From Malacoraja senta (Eukaryota), in the NCBI GenBank assembly GCA_038087875.1, contig CM075987.1:21888001-21952000 (forward strand): a stretch of DNA of 64,000 nt, in the 5' to 3' direction. Positions 1 to 11,351 of the stretch are shown here, piece by piece. The position numbers and the translations under genes were made by a program. Numbering within the stretch: the first letter of the stretch is position 1; each line of letters opens with the position of its first letter. The notes beneath the pieces are model-generated. The model ran no database searches, had not been told where the DNA came from, and was given only the letters and a program-made list of their open reading frames with translations.

Positions 1-325
1 ATATTATCTCCAGGACCCTGCTGAAAGAAGTCCCAGAAGGAATATAATGGAGTGCATTATCACTTTTGGTTTGTTTGAGTGATCCAGTTCATTTATGGAA
101 AAGCTTTCTCTTCATTAAAAGATAAGAATCATCCAATATTATAATAGAGTTATTTCCTTTCCAATTTACTGCAAGGCCCGATGTGGGCATTTGTATTTAT
201 GTGTAAAGAAGGAACGGTGGGTTTGCATTAAACACAGTAAGGACAAGTGCATACGTGTGCGTAATATGAGTCTTTTCAAATGCGTCATTTTCTGTGGTTA
301 CATTATGGTCACATCTTGGTCTAAT

Positions 326-396
326 GTGGGGATTAGACCAAATTATGGTCTAATCCCCACGTAAAACCAATTAGACCAAATTATGGTCTAATTGGT
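326..396. repeat. Two tandem perfect hairpins sharing the same AATTA loop
   Basis: 15-bp arms 326-340 / 346-360 and 13-bp arms 366-378 / 384-396. Confidence 0.9.
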
Positions 397-2744
397 CTAA
401 TTCTGTGGGGAGCCACAGAAGGTATTGGTCACAAAAGTCTGGAGTAACTCAGCGGGACAGGCAGCATCTCTGGAGAGAAGGAATGGGCGACGTTTCGGGT
501 CGAGACCCTGCTCCATATGGGTGACCAGAATGTATTAGTCACAGCCACAGAATATTTGTCGCGTTCTGTGGGTGAGCCAATGATAGTGTAGGGAAAGGAT
601 AACTGAAAGTCCAGCAATATGTTCAAACAAGTTGGAATGTCAGCATGTGTGATGGAGAATTTTTATCACAGTTTTTGTTTCTTTCTTATAAATACCAGTT
701 AAGCTTATTCAGAATAAAATCAGTGAAAATTTGCCTGTTTTGTGTTGTTTGATTTTTTTCATTCCCTTAGCTTTATTGTGGAGAAGGGTCCCGACCCGAA
801 GCATCACCTAACCTTGTTCTCCAGAGATCCTGCCTGACCCACTGAATGACTCCCATGCTTTATATCCTTTTATCTCTAGTTAATGTTGATTCTCGGAGCC
901 AACCTTGATGATACGAAACTGTAACTCATGACGATGATACTTGGGGTACATCTCCCTTGCGGGAGATGGAATCTTACGCCACACATTGTCACAAGAGGTT
1001 CCCATCCCGTGACTGAAATGGGTATGTTCACTGTTTGGATGAAGGAAAGGCTAAAGATATGCAGGGCGTAACTGAAGAGTTCATGCCTAGGTATGGGGTT
1101 GCGATGATGAACTCAGTGCCTGGTGCTTGGGGGGAGGAAAAATAAATGAGGTTCCCATTCCTGATCCGTGCGGAAGTGCACATCAGAGCAGGACTATGTA
1201 GTCTTGTAGTGATACTAAAATGGAGACATAAAGAACTGATTTATAAAAAATACAAACTGCTAGAGTAACTCAGTAGGTCAGGCAGCATCGCTAGAGGATG
1301 TGGATAGTTGACACTTTGGGTCATTGCCCTTCTTCGGATTGTAATGGGGGGGGGGGTAAAGTTGGAAAAGAGGTGGGATAAGGTCTTGACCTGAAACATC
1401 ACCTGTTCCTTTTTCCAGAGATGCTGCCTGACCCGCTGAGTTACTACAGCACTTTGTGTCTAAAGCTTGGCAAGTGATAGGTGGATACAGATGAGGGGCA
1501 TTTGATTGGCAGGTGGGTGGACAAAGGCCACAGATGAAAGGGAGCCAAACGGCTGTGAGATAAAGAGAGAAGAGGAGCGGTGTGAAGCCAGAGGAAGGGG
1601 GAGAGGTGGGAGGGGACAGGGGAGATGGGGTGGGGGGGGGGGGGAGGTGTAGGGGAAAGATAGTGGGGCAGGATAGTGGAAGACATTGGTGCACACCAGG
1701 GTAGGTACAGGGAAGGGTGGGGGGGAGGGGGAATAGGGAGGGGTACCGTTGTGCAAGAACGTGTGTGGTACAACATTACGGGGTCATTGGACGTGTTGTG
1801 GGCAGCTACAGGTATTTACGGATACTGCTATGTGAAGAACATGCCAATACTGATGTGGGTTGGTACAAATATGCACAAGTGGAATTGTTCTCTCCCTGGA
1901 CAGACTCAGCTCAAAATAACGTAGCTAGTGTTGAAGGAGTTAACAGATTTACCGCCTTGTCTCTAATCCATCTGGAGAGCGCCATGTGATAGGATGTTGC
2001 CTGTAGTAATAGGCCTGCGACCTTTACAGTGCAGAATGTGCACACACTGTGCTCATCCTAACACTCATTTTTTTTCCCCAAGAATAAACTTTATTCAGAA
2101 CTTTAAAAATATATGCAAAACAAAAAACTCTTCATGCATGTTCTAACTTTCAATAGTGGCATACTCAGGAGTTCTTTAAAGAAAAACACCCTTGCCACTC
2201 ATGTGGCTCCCTGGGGTGATATCCCTTCCCTTGTTTGAGGGGTGCCCCCACTCGACACTGGCCCTCAATGTCCGGCAGCAGAAGGGCCCTAGACTGTGGT
2301 CCTCCCCCACCCCGCGCAGCTGTGGGGAGGGCAGAGGGGAGCGGAGTATCAGAGAACTCTGCGCTGTGTCCTTATTTGACAAGCAAATTTCCGCTTGTGG
2401 TGAGGGCGTTGATTGTTGTGAAGGACTCAAGATTTCAGTACCGAACAGGCATCGAGTTTCAACCCAAGTCAAATCAGGTAGTTTAAAAAAGACCAAAATC
2501 AGTTTTGGAGCAGCTGATGAAATGCTGAACAGGTTCTGAAAGTTCTTATGCTGAGTATGCAAATAACTGAATGACTTGCTCCATTGTATGAAGGCAGCAA
2601 TCGGCAATTACTAACCGGTAGTTTCTCATATGCTTGGGCTGGACACTGTGGCCTGCTGTCACCATCCCCTCGACAATGCCACTAGTTCCTTGAATGGGTT
2701 CAAGACCCGCACCAAAATTTCCCAGATCAGTGATAATTGTGTAT

Positions 2745-3062
2745 AGAATCACGAGGGGAATCGATAGGTGAATGCAGCACAATCGTTTACCCAGAGTCAG
2801 GGAATCAAGTACCAGAGGCCATAGGTTTAATGTGAGAGAGGAAAGATTTAGCAGGAACCTGAGAGGGCAACATTTTCACTCAGAGGGTGGCACTGGAAGG
2901 TATAAGGAAGTAGCTGAAGCATATAAAAACATTTGGACAAGTATATAGATAGGAAAGGAATATGGGCCAAACCTGGGTATATGAGACTAGCTTAGATAGG
3001 GCATATTGGTTGGCAGTGACGGGTAGGGCCCAAGGGCCTGTTTCTATGCTGTATGGCTATGA
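2745..3062 (+). mobile_element. CR1/HER1-type LINE 3' fragment
   Basis: ESSTRGHRF..RFSRNL..FTQRV-type ORF2 end and GGGCCTGTTTCTATGCTGTA tail. Confidence 0.75.
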
Positions 3063-3361
3063 ATATGACTCTATCTCTGTGCCTATGGCTGACTGAGTAA
3101 TATTTTGCCAATAAGTTAGAAGTTGTTGGTTTGGGGATCCCAACATGAGTAGCAACATAAAAACAGTCATGTGAGTCTTGGACCTGCCCTGCCAAGTCGG
3201 CGCAGGAACATTAGATAGGCTTGTTTTAAAGAATAACAGGGATACTTTACCTGGGGTCTGACATATATAAATCCTGCAACAAACATCATTTAAACAACGA
3301 CATGATCAGGACATTATCAGGGTACTTTTTGTGGGAGTGAAACCTTACTTGACGTGCAACA

Positions 3362-3640
3362 GTACGGCACAGAAACAGGCCCTTCTGCCCACAAAGTCCG
3401 TGCTGAATACAATGCCAAGTTAAATTAATCTTCTCTGCCTGCAACATGATCCCTATCCTCCATTCGCTGCATATCCTCGTGCCAGTGTAAAAGTCTCTTA
3501 AATGTCACGATCATAACCGCCTTCACCACCACCACCACTGCGTTCCAGGCACCCACCACTCTGTGTACTAATACAAGTTGCCCTGCACATCTCTTTAAAC
3601 TTTGCCCTTCTCACCTTAAAGGTTTGCCCTCTTGTCATTA
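3362..3640 (-). mobile_element. CR1-type LINE 3' fragment
   Basis: TRGQTFKVRRAKFK.. on the minus strand and the shared tail. Confidence 0.7.
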
Positions 3641-4209
3641 ACATTTGGAGTAAGTTGGAATAAATTGTTTGCAACATTTCCTCTGTAACATTTGCTCTGT
3701 TACACCAGTGAATATATTTCAAAAGTATTTTACAGGCTGTAAGGTGCTTTGGGATTCAGGTGATGTTGACAGGTACAATATGAAGCAAGTCATCCTTGAT
3801 CCCATGGACTGCCTAAGAAAATAAATATAAATGTAAGTCCCTGTAGCTCTGAAGGACTACCATACCATCTGATGGCCAGCGGGTCTAACTGACCACTGAC
3901 TACCTATTTTCATCCAGTGCCAGACAATCCAGAATGATTCTAGATTTGTGTAGGAAGGAACTGCAGATGCTGGTTTGCACCAGAGATATACACAAAATGC
4001 TGGAGTAACTCAGCGGGTGAGGCAGCATCTCTGGAGAAAAGGAATAGGTGACGTTTCGGGTCAAGATCCTTTTTCAAAATGAAGTCATGTTTCCAGATTT
4101 GACTGTTAACCTGCACTAATTTAGATCCCAACAAAAGGGGGAATGCAGTGATTATTTGCCCTTAGTTCTCCCTTTACTGGGAACATTCTGACCAATTGCT
4201 CCTGTCTTT

Positions 4210-4520
4210 GCTCTTTCTGTCCTGGGCCTCCTCCGTGGCCAGAGTGAGTCCCACTACAAACTGGAGGAGCAGCACCTCATATTTCGCTTGGGCAGTTTAC
4301 ACCCCAGTGGAATGAACATTGGCTTCTCCAATTTCAATTGCTTTCTCCCTCCTTTCCCTCCCCTTCCCAGCTCTCCCACAGCCTACTGTCTCCGCCTCTT
4401 CCTTTCTTCTTCCCACCCACATCAGTCTGAAGAAGGGTCTCGACCCGAAACGTCACCTATTCCTTCGCTCCATAGATGCTGCCTCACCCGCTGAGTTTCT
4501 CCAGCATTTTGTCTACCTTC
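4210..4520 (+). mobile_element. Penelope-like element 3' end (GIY-YIG C-terminal remnant plus pLTR with hammerhead motif)
   Basis: Translates VLGLL..KLEEQHLIFRLGSLHPSGMNIGFSNF, followed by a pyrimidine tract and CTGAAGAAGGGTCTCGACCCGAAACGTC. Confidence 0.8.
4427..4454 (+). ncRNA. Minimal type I hammerhead ribozyme motif
   Basis: CUGAAGA, extra A, stem II GGGUC/GACCC, GAAA, palindromic ACGU helix III, GUC cleavage triplet; helix I only about 2 bp (GU/AC). Confidence 0.65.
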
Positions 4521-5413
4521 AATTGTTCCTGATTGTTGTGCAATGATTTATCTGGGCATTGTACTACATGGAACAAACAACAGAGAAACAGACCATTCAG
4601 CTCAACGTGTCTATGCCATTACTTAAAATCCACAGGAAACTCATTCTATTCAATTGGAACTTTCCAATTTCCTTGGTGTCCTTCTGCTCCCTTTCCACTT
4701 AGACAAGACAAGACAAGACAAGACACTTATGTACTAATACAACAATAAACTAAACTAAACTAACAAAATACATGTCACATCTTTCCCAAACAGTATCAAT
4801 TCTGTGTTTTAATTTGGCAATATGATCCATATTCACTTTCGGACGTGTACATTTTTATTTAGTGACTGTCTTATATTTATAACCCATCCAGATATGGAAA
4901 CAATTTCTCTCCATCCCCACCTTCATAATTTTGATTCTCCTCTAAGTCTATTTTCTAAAGAAATAAGCCACAGCCTGTTCCATCTTCTGATAGATGCAAC
5001 ATATCAAATCTTCCTCCACTGCTTCTGAACAACTTTTGTAATTCGAAGACCAGAACAGTATTCTCTGTGGTCTAACTATTCTGTACAACATTGAATATTT
5101 TTGTATTACTCTTCCCCTCGAAATGGCCCTAATTACTTTTTATAAAACAGTGTTCTTGTTTTAGTGGTTTCTACATTTGCATCCCCATATATATTTGCTT
5201 CTCTATCCATTTAGTTTTATTAACTACCCAGGAATGGGTGTTGTTGTTACGTTGACCACAAAATTACATCTCCCTCTTTGTTATCTCAAATTTTATTTTC
5301 GAATTTGCCTTTTATATGTATATGAAATATATGTCTATGTCTTAGTGATATTGCTCCACATTGTTAGATCTCAGTTTGTTATCACCTGCAAAAGTGACAT
5401 TCTCTCTTCATGT

Positions 5414-5621
5414 GTCTAAGAAGGAACTGCAGCTGCTGGAAAATCGAAGGTAGACAAAAGTGCTGGAGAAACTCAACGGGTGCAGCAGCATCTATGGAGC
5501 GAAGGAAATAGGCAACGTTTCGGGCCGAAACGTCTGAAGAAGGGTTTCGGCCCGAAACGTTGCCTATTTCCATCGCTCCATAGATGCTGCTGCACCCGCT
5601 GAGTTTCTCCAGCACTTTTCC
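5414..5621. mobile_element. Palindromic Penelope-pLTR-derived short element
   Basis: Arms of about 73 bp (~5457-5529 / ~5543-5618); 10-bp TSD CTCTTCATGT at 5404-5413 and 5622-5631. Confidence 0.85.
5534..5561 (+). ncRNA. Hammerhead motif variant at the centre of a palindromic element
   Basis: CUGAAGA-A-GGGU-UUCG-GCCC-GAAACGUU; stem II keeps pairing through a U-G pair and a UUCG loop. Confidence 0.55.
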
Positions 5622-5737
5622 CTCTTCATGTTATGTGTCCAAACCTTCTCTGCATGTACTGAACTGCAGTGATTGCAGCTAGGATCCTGCGGGGGCATCA
5701 GTTCCCCTTTCACCTTTCTTGAAATTGGATGGAAAAA

Positions 5738-6045
5738 GGTCATAAGATCATAAGGTCATAAGTGATAGGAGTAGAATTAGGCCATTCGACCCATCAAGTC
5801 TACTCCGCCATTCAATAATGGCTGATCTATCTCTCCCTCCTAACCCCATTCTCCTGCCTTCTCCCCATAACCTGACACCCGTATTATTCAAGAATCTATC
5901 TATCGCTGCCTTAAAAATATCCACTGACTTGGCCTCCACAGCTTTCTGTGGCAAAGAAGTCCACAGATTCACCACCCTCTGACTAAAGAAATTTCTCCTC
6001 ATCTTCTTCCTAAAAGCACGTCCTTTAATTCTGAGGCTATGACCA
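5738..6045 (-). mobile_element. CR1-type LINE 3' fragment
   Basis: GHSLRIKGRAFRKKMRRNFFSQRVVNLWTSLPQKAVEAKSVDIFKAAIDRFL, the typical CR1 ORF2 C-terminus. Confidence 0.88.
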
Positions 6046-6324
6046 GGACGGGGCTCACGGCTGGTGTTCCCCATAATCAAATAGGTATGTGCCATTTGCT
6101 CTAGCAGCCTCCAGGTGCTGCATATGGTCTTGGGGACGATACATATAATTGTCTATCTATGGACGTTATTCCTTGGTGTGATTTGACACCTGGGGGTGAC
6201 CAATATACTGTATAAGAGGATGGTAGGGCAGATGGGACCAGGTTGCAGGAGGTAAGGGAATTGAGAGGAATGAACAAAGGGAGAAGTCTAGGTGGTCAGG
6301 TAAGTGTGTGCGGGAGGAGACCAC

Positions 6325-6480
6325 TGGACATGGGTACCTGATATTGGAAAATTCAATGTTCATACCAATGGGATGCAAGCTACCCAAGCAGAAAATGAGA
6401 AGTTGTTCTTCCAATTTATGTTTGGCCTCCCCATAACAATGGAGAAGGCTGAGAACAGTTAGGTCAATGTGGGAATGGAA
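6325..6480 (-). mobile_element. Penelope-like element GIY-YIG C-terminal remnant
   Basis: ORF 6166..6516 contains DLTVLSLLHCYGEAKHKLEEQLLIFCLGSLHPIGMNIEFSN, homologous to 4210-4340. Confidence 0.75.
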
Positions 6481-6729
6481 AGGATAGATAAAATAACAAG
6501 CAACCAGAAGCTCCATCTGCCCGTCATCCCCTCCCCATCTGGATTCACCTATTGCTTACCAGCTTCCATCCCATCCCACTATGTAATTCTGTATACCGGC
6601 AATCTCTCCTGTTCCCTCTCATCCCTAATTCAGGGTCATCGATTTACACCTTTAGCCTCCACAGATGTTGCTTGGCCTGATGAGTTCTTCTGTAACTGTT
6701 TTAGTGACATTGATTGAGCGTTAATTATT

Positions 6730-6783
6730 GTGGTGGAAGATTGCAACCTTCATGTGGTCCGCCCTGTTTCCACGAATGCAATC
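6730..6783 (+). ncRNA. Minimal HDV-like self-cleaving ribozyme fold
   Basis: P1 GTGGTGG/CCGCCCT (G1-U wobble, one mismatch); P2 GATTGCA/TGCAATC (7 bp perfect); P3 ACC/GGT; L3 TTCATGT; J4/2 CGAA. Order matches the HDV nested double pseudoknot. Confidence 0.75.
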
Positions 6784-6870
6784 AACCCGGCGTGCACAAT
6801 CAAATAAGATCAAATAGAACAAGTTGTCCTACAACTTTAGGCTGTGCACGCCATACACGAGAAGAAGAGG
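6730..6870 (+). mobile_element. Short non-autonomous retroelement (Vingi/Ingi-type) with 5' HDV-like ribozyme and GAA tail
   Basis: TSD GTTAATTATT(G) at 6720-6730 and 6871-6881; 3' end CCATACACGAGAAGAAG; internal perfect 10-bp inverted repeat 6789-6798 / 6843-6852. Confidence 0.75.
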
Positions 6871-7871
6871 GTTAATTATTGGTCTGGACACTGAAAATAA
6901 CTCCATGAGATGCTATTTACATCTGCATAAAAGAACATTCAATGTCTCAGTGTAACACCTCATTCAAAAGGTTGGTCTTCTCAGTAGTGTATCTCAACAT
7001 TATCTTGGCTATATTTAAGAGGGAGTTAGATGTGGCCCTTGTGGCTAAAGGGATCAGGGGGTATGGAGAGAAGGCAGGTACGGGATACTGAGTTGGATGA
7101 TCAGCCATGATCATATTGAATGGTGGTGCAGGCTCGAAGGGCCGAATGGCCTACTCCTGCACCTATTTTCTATGTATCTATGTATCTAACATTATCTCAA
7201 TTATGAACTTCTATGGACTGTGCCAAAGGATATGGGGATTTTGCACTACTATTATGGATATTAATTTGTTAATTTTTTTGTTTATTATTATATATTATAT
7301 ATATATAATATATTATTTATTACCTATTATGCTGCTGCAAGTAAAAGCTTCATTGTTCCATTGCTGGTACATATGACAATTACACACTCTTGACTCTTGA
7401 CTCAAATCTCTGGAATGAAGCACAATTTCCCTAGCCTTCTGACAAGAGGAAAAAGTGCTTCTAATTACCAGCTCAGGATTCAACGGAACACAACTGACAG
7501 CAGAGGTCTTGCTCTGGAATCATACTGTCCCACCCTGTGTGTATAAAGGGACATGCTTCAATGTACAAACACTTCTCGACTTATGCAACAGGCGACTTAC
7601 ATAAACTTGCATTTACGTTAACAATTGTTAACATAATTCAGACCCTGGTGCAATCAAGACATTTTGTAATTTCCACAACACTGTACGATCACTCAAGTTT
7701 ACATTGGAAACAAGCCGGCATACCCAGAAGGCCATGCACACAGAAAGTGCCCCAACGGTGAGACAGAACTCAAGCCAGCAATGGCGGCTCTGCTTACCCA
7801 GAAGGCCGCATACCTCAGAGAGTGCCCTGGACACATCCAGATGTCGCTGAGACAATTAATACTCTCAGTGA

Positions 7872-8004
7872 AGATAGACACAAAATGCTGAAGTAACGCT
7901 GCGGTACAGGCAGCATTCCTGGGCAGAATGCAGAGATGCTGCGTTACTCCAGCATTTTGTGTCTATCTTCGGTGCATACCAGCATCTGCAGTTCATTGTT
8001 ACAC
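7872..8004. mobile_element. Palindromic Penelope-pLTR-derived short element (internally deleted)
   Basis: 14-bp TSD AATACTCTCAGTGA at 7858-7871 and 8005-8018. Confidence 0.8.
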
Positions 8005-8280
8005 AATACTCTCAGTGAGTTATTTCGGGCAGCGGATGAAGATGGTGATGCCGACCTACGTAAAATTTGACTTACGTAAGGGTTGATGGAACATGATCCT
8101 TATGTAAGTTGGAGAGTGCCTAAATAGGAGATTTGATCTGTTTTTGAAAAGATAAAGCTTGTTCTGGTTAATACCCATTGCTCAACTAATTAACTAAAAA
8201 ATCGATTGATCTGGTCATTATTAGATCGTTGTTATTTGAGGGGCCTCTCTGTGTGTGAATTAACTGCTATGTTGTACACA

Positions 8281-8605
8281 TCTTCTTCTTGTATTTGAGG
8301 CAGCAGAAGTTATGTAACGCCCTCCAGGTGCTGTAGCCAGTTCAATGTGCTGTTGTCGAGGGCCGTGAGGTCTACCCCTCCACCAGGGAGGCGGAGGACA
8401 GCGCAGTCGAAAATGACGTGCTGCGCTGTTTGCTGGTCTGCTCCACACACGCAGGCTGCTGAAGAACGCAGCCCCCTGCGATGCATGTTGGCGTTGAACC
8501 GGCCGACCCCTGTACGGAGCCGGTTCAGGGCGACCCACCCTTTGCGGGGCAGGTCCAAGCCGGGTGGGGCTATGGTGTTCGGCGCAACAGTGAATTGCGG
8601 AGGTC
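8281..8605 (-). mobile_element. 5'-truncated Vingi/Ingi-like (I-group) LINE 3' end
   Basis: ORF end WVALNRLRTGVGRFNANMH..ACVCGADQQTAQHVIFDC..LNWLQHLEGVT* with a CCHC-like motif, then an AAGAAGAAGA tail. CpG-rich, so probably young. Clade assignment is from memory. Confidence 0.7.
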
Positions 8606-9294
8606 ACATGACAACAGTGATCAGAGCTCAGGACTATTTAAATGGCGTTAGCATTTTAGCAACTTTTGACTTGGTGAAAGGCACATTGTAAGTATAAGGT
8701 ATTTCTGTAGAGTTAAAGCAAGATAGAGACACCTGGACGACTGAGTATGCAAATCAGGATCCAGAGGCAGGATCCAGACTGACAGGTTTTGTGAGTCAGG
8801 AGGTAAGATTGCAGGTAACACAAACGATGATTCGGGACAACAATATGAAAATGATGCACAAAGTGTCAATCCTGATTTGCAATAATTGGCCAAACATTAT
8901 CAACATTCTCTATCCAACAAATCAGATAATCGCCACATACAATGGTTCACAGTATGGGCTATTTTCCTGGGAAATGACTCATTTAAACCATCAGTTAGAG
9001 TTATAGGACCACAAAGGTAATCTTCTCGACACCTGTTGGCAAAGTTATCCTAATTTTGTTTGACTGAGAACCAGTGTAAAACCCTATCGCCCAGGATGTC
9101 AACAAGGGAGGAAGGAAAGAAATGAACAAAAGACTAAAGAGAGGGAAAAAAAGATAGGTAGAGAAAAAGGAAAGAAAAGAATCTGAAAACAATAGAAGAA
9201 AATAAAATAAGCGAAGTAGCAAGCAAGAAAAAAAGAAATAAAGAAAAAAAGAAAAAAACTTACATTTAAATAGTGTATTTTGCACCCTCAGGGT

Positions 9295-9606
9295 TTTAGA
9301 GACACAGCACGGAAACAGGCCCTTCGGCCCACCGAGTCCGCACGTAGCTCCGATCCCTGCACATTAACACTAATCTGCACACACGAGGGAAAATTCAAAT
9401 TAATACCAAGTAAACAAACCCAAGGCAATTAACCTACAAACCTGCACATCTTTCGAGTGTGGAAGGAAACCAAAGATCTCGGAGACAACCCACGCAGTCA
9501 CGGGGAGAATGTACAATCTCCGTACAGACAACACATAGTCGGGACCGAACCCGGATCTCTGGCGCGGTGAGCGCTGTGAGGCAGCAACTCTACCGCTGCG
9601 CCACCT
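9295..9606 (-). mobile_element. tRNA-derived SINE (HE1/V-SINE type)
   Basis: Minus-strand head GGTGGCGCAGCGGTAGAGTTGCTGCC (A box) ... GGGTTCGGTCCC (B box); CR1-type tail GGTGGGCCGAAGGGCCTGTTTCC. Confidence 0.85.
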
Positions 9607-10409
9607 TGCTGGGTGTTCAAGAGGATTTTACAAAGCTCCTTCTGAAATGCAGTTCTTATTGTTAAATAAGAAGCATGGTAGCCAATTTTAACCCAGCAAC
9701 TCCCGCATATATAGATATAACATTCTCAGAATTTGGTATACTCCTATTGTTATTGGATTGGATTCTTATTCTCCAGGGAATTTGGAAAGATGGGGAGAAT
9801 TAGTCAGGGTTCCAGTTCTGGGTCCCCATGCTAATGGAGGAGGCATTGTTAGCACCTTGAACAGTGAAGCACAGGAACAGCCCACAATGTCCATGCTGAA
9901 CATGATGGCAAATTAAATTGATCTCCTCTGCCTGCATGTGATCCAAATCCATCCATTCCCTGTATATCCATGTGCCTTTCTAAAAGCCTTTTAAACGCTT
10001 TTATGGCGTGAGTTAAAGCTTAAATTTGGTTAGCTATCTAGTTTATTTATTGTCACGTACAGAGATACAGTGTAATGTTGATTCTACATGTTATCCGATC
10101 AAAACACACTATACATGAGTACAATAGATCCTTCTGGAACAACACGCAGAGAGTCGCCACGTTGCGGCGCCATCTTGCAACTTCAAAGTCGCTGAAAAAT
10201 CTGATCTTGGCCCAAGGAGATGTGCAATTACTTATTTTCTCGCTTTAAGACCTAGTGGCCTGGCGGCAATGGATGGATGCAGATGGGATCGGCCTGGCCC
10301 AGTGCGATGCCCTCGGCTCCTTCCACCGCCGCTCTGTGCAGTTGCCGCGGACTGCAGGCTGCGTTCGATCCACTCGCTCGCCTGGCGGTTGCAGGGGTTG
10401 CCGCGGCCG

Positions 10410-10895
10410 CATGAGTCCAGGAATGAGTGGGTTAGCATATGATGAACGATTGACAGCACTGGGGCTCTACTCGCTGGTGTTTAGAAGGTTGAGGGTTCAC
10501 CTCATTGAAACTCACAGAATAATGAAAGGCGGAGATAGAGTGGACGTGGAAAGGATGTTTCCACTGGTGGGAGAGTTTCGGAACAGAGGTCATAGCTTCA
10601 GAATTAAAGGGTGCTCTTTTAGAAAGGAGGTGAGGAGGAACGTCTTTAATCAGAGGGTAGTTAATCTGTGGAACATTGCCACAGAGGGCTGTGGAGGCCA
10701 AGTCAGTGGTCTAATTTTGCCCACTAATCTCCTATGTGGGACCTTATCAAAGGCTTTCTGATAGTCCCAGGTACACTACATCCACTGACTCTCTCTTGTC
10801 CATTTTCCTAGTTACAGCCTGAAAAAATTCCAGAAGAATTGAATGGCAGAGTGGACTGGATGGGCCAAATGGCCTAATTCTACTCCTAATGTTAT
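10410..10895 (+). mobile_element. CR1-type LINE 3' fragment with an inverted RT-domain piece (10711-10838)
   Basis: PGMSGLAYDERLTALGLYSL..RGHSFRIKG..NQRVVNLWN on the + strand; VDVVYL..QKAFDKVPHRRLVGKI on the - strand. Confidence 0.85.
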
Positions 10896-11351
10896 AAACC
10901 TGTGACTCCACCAACACCACAGCTCAGTCACATTTGGAGGGGAAGGAGCAGCTGAAAATTATGTTTCTTTCTGCAGATGTAGTCTGCTTTTATATCATCT
11001 GAAAGATATTGGACCGTGGTGAAGTGTTGGGACCTTGTGGTTTTGGAACAGTGTCCAAGGAGCCTGATCATTAGTTACTTCAATAGTTTAGCTTATTGTC
11101 ACGTGTACCGAGGTACAGTGAAAAGCTTTTGTTGCGTGCTATCCAGTCAGTGGAAAGACAATACGGACAGAAAGACAATCAGTCTATCAGTTGTACGGTG
11201 ATTGGGGAGGGGAGAGGTTGTTGGTGAGAAAATAGAGAGCACTGAAAGAAAAAATCTTAAACCAGTATTTCCCTGAGAGAAGATTGGACATACAAACATA
11301 TGAATTATGAGCAGGAGAAGGCCATTCGGTCCATCAAGCCTGCTCTATCAT

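Noticed and set aside
1100..1168. Possible C/D box snoRNA (ATGATGA ... CTGA)
   Set aside because: Short, no convincing terminal stem, no identifiable rRNA/snRNA guide and no host gene established.
3680..3795. Ancient Deu-SINE-like tails (also ~8210-8700, ~19840-19940, ~58030-58110)
   Set aside because: The resemblance is visible but too degenerate to delimit or name confidently by eye.
5457..5618. Recurring palindromic repeats as CRISPR arrays, terminators or miRNA genes
   Set aside because: They are dispersed with no repeat-spacer periodicity, each has its own TSD, and they are linked to Penelope remnants.
8711..8802. Possible + strand exon (ctgtag|AG..LKQDRDTWTTEYANQDPEAGSRLTGFVSQE|gtaaga)
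   Set aside because: Good splice signals and an open frame, but no recognisable homology and no partner exons; the acceptor overlaps an old SINE-like tail.
9540..9606. tRNA genes at the SINE heads (also ~14724, ~28450, ~47960)
   Set aside because: A/B-box-like motifs run into SINE core and LINE-like tail; no complete cloverleaf.
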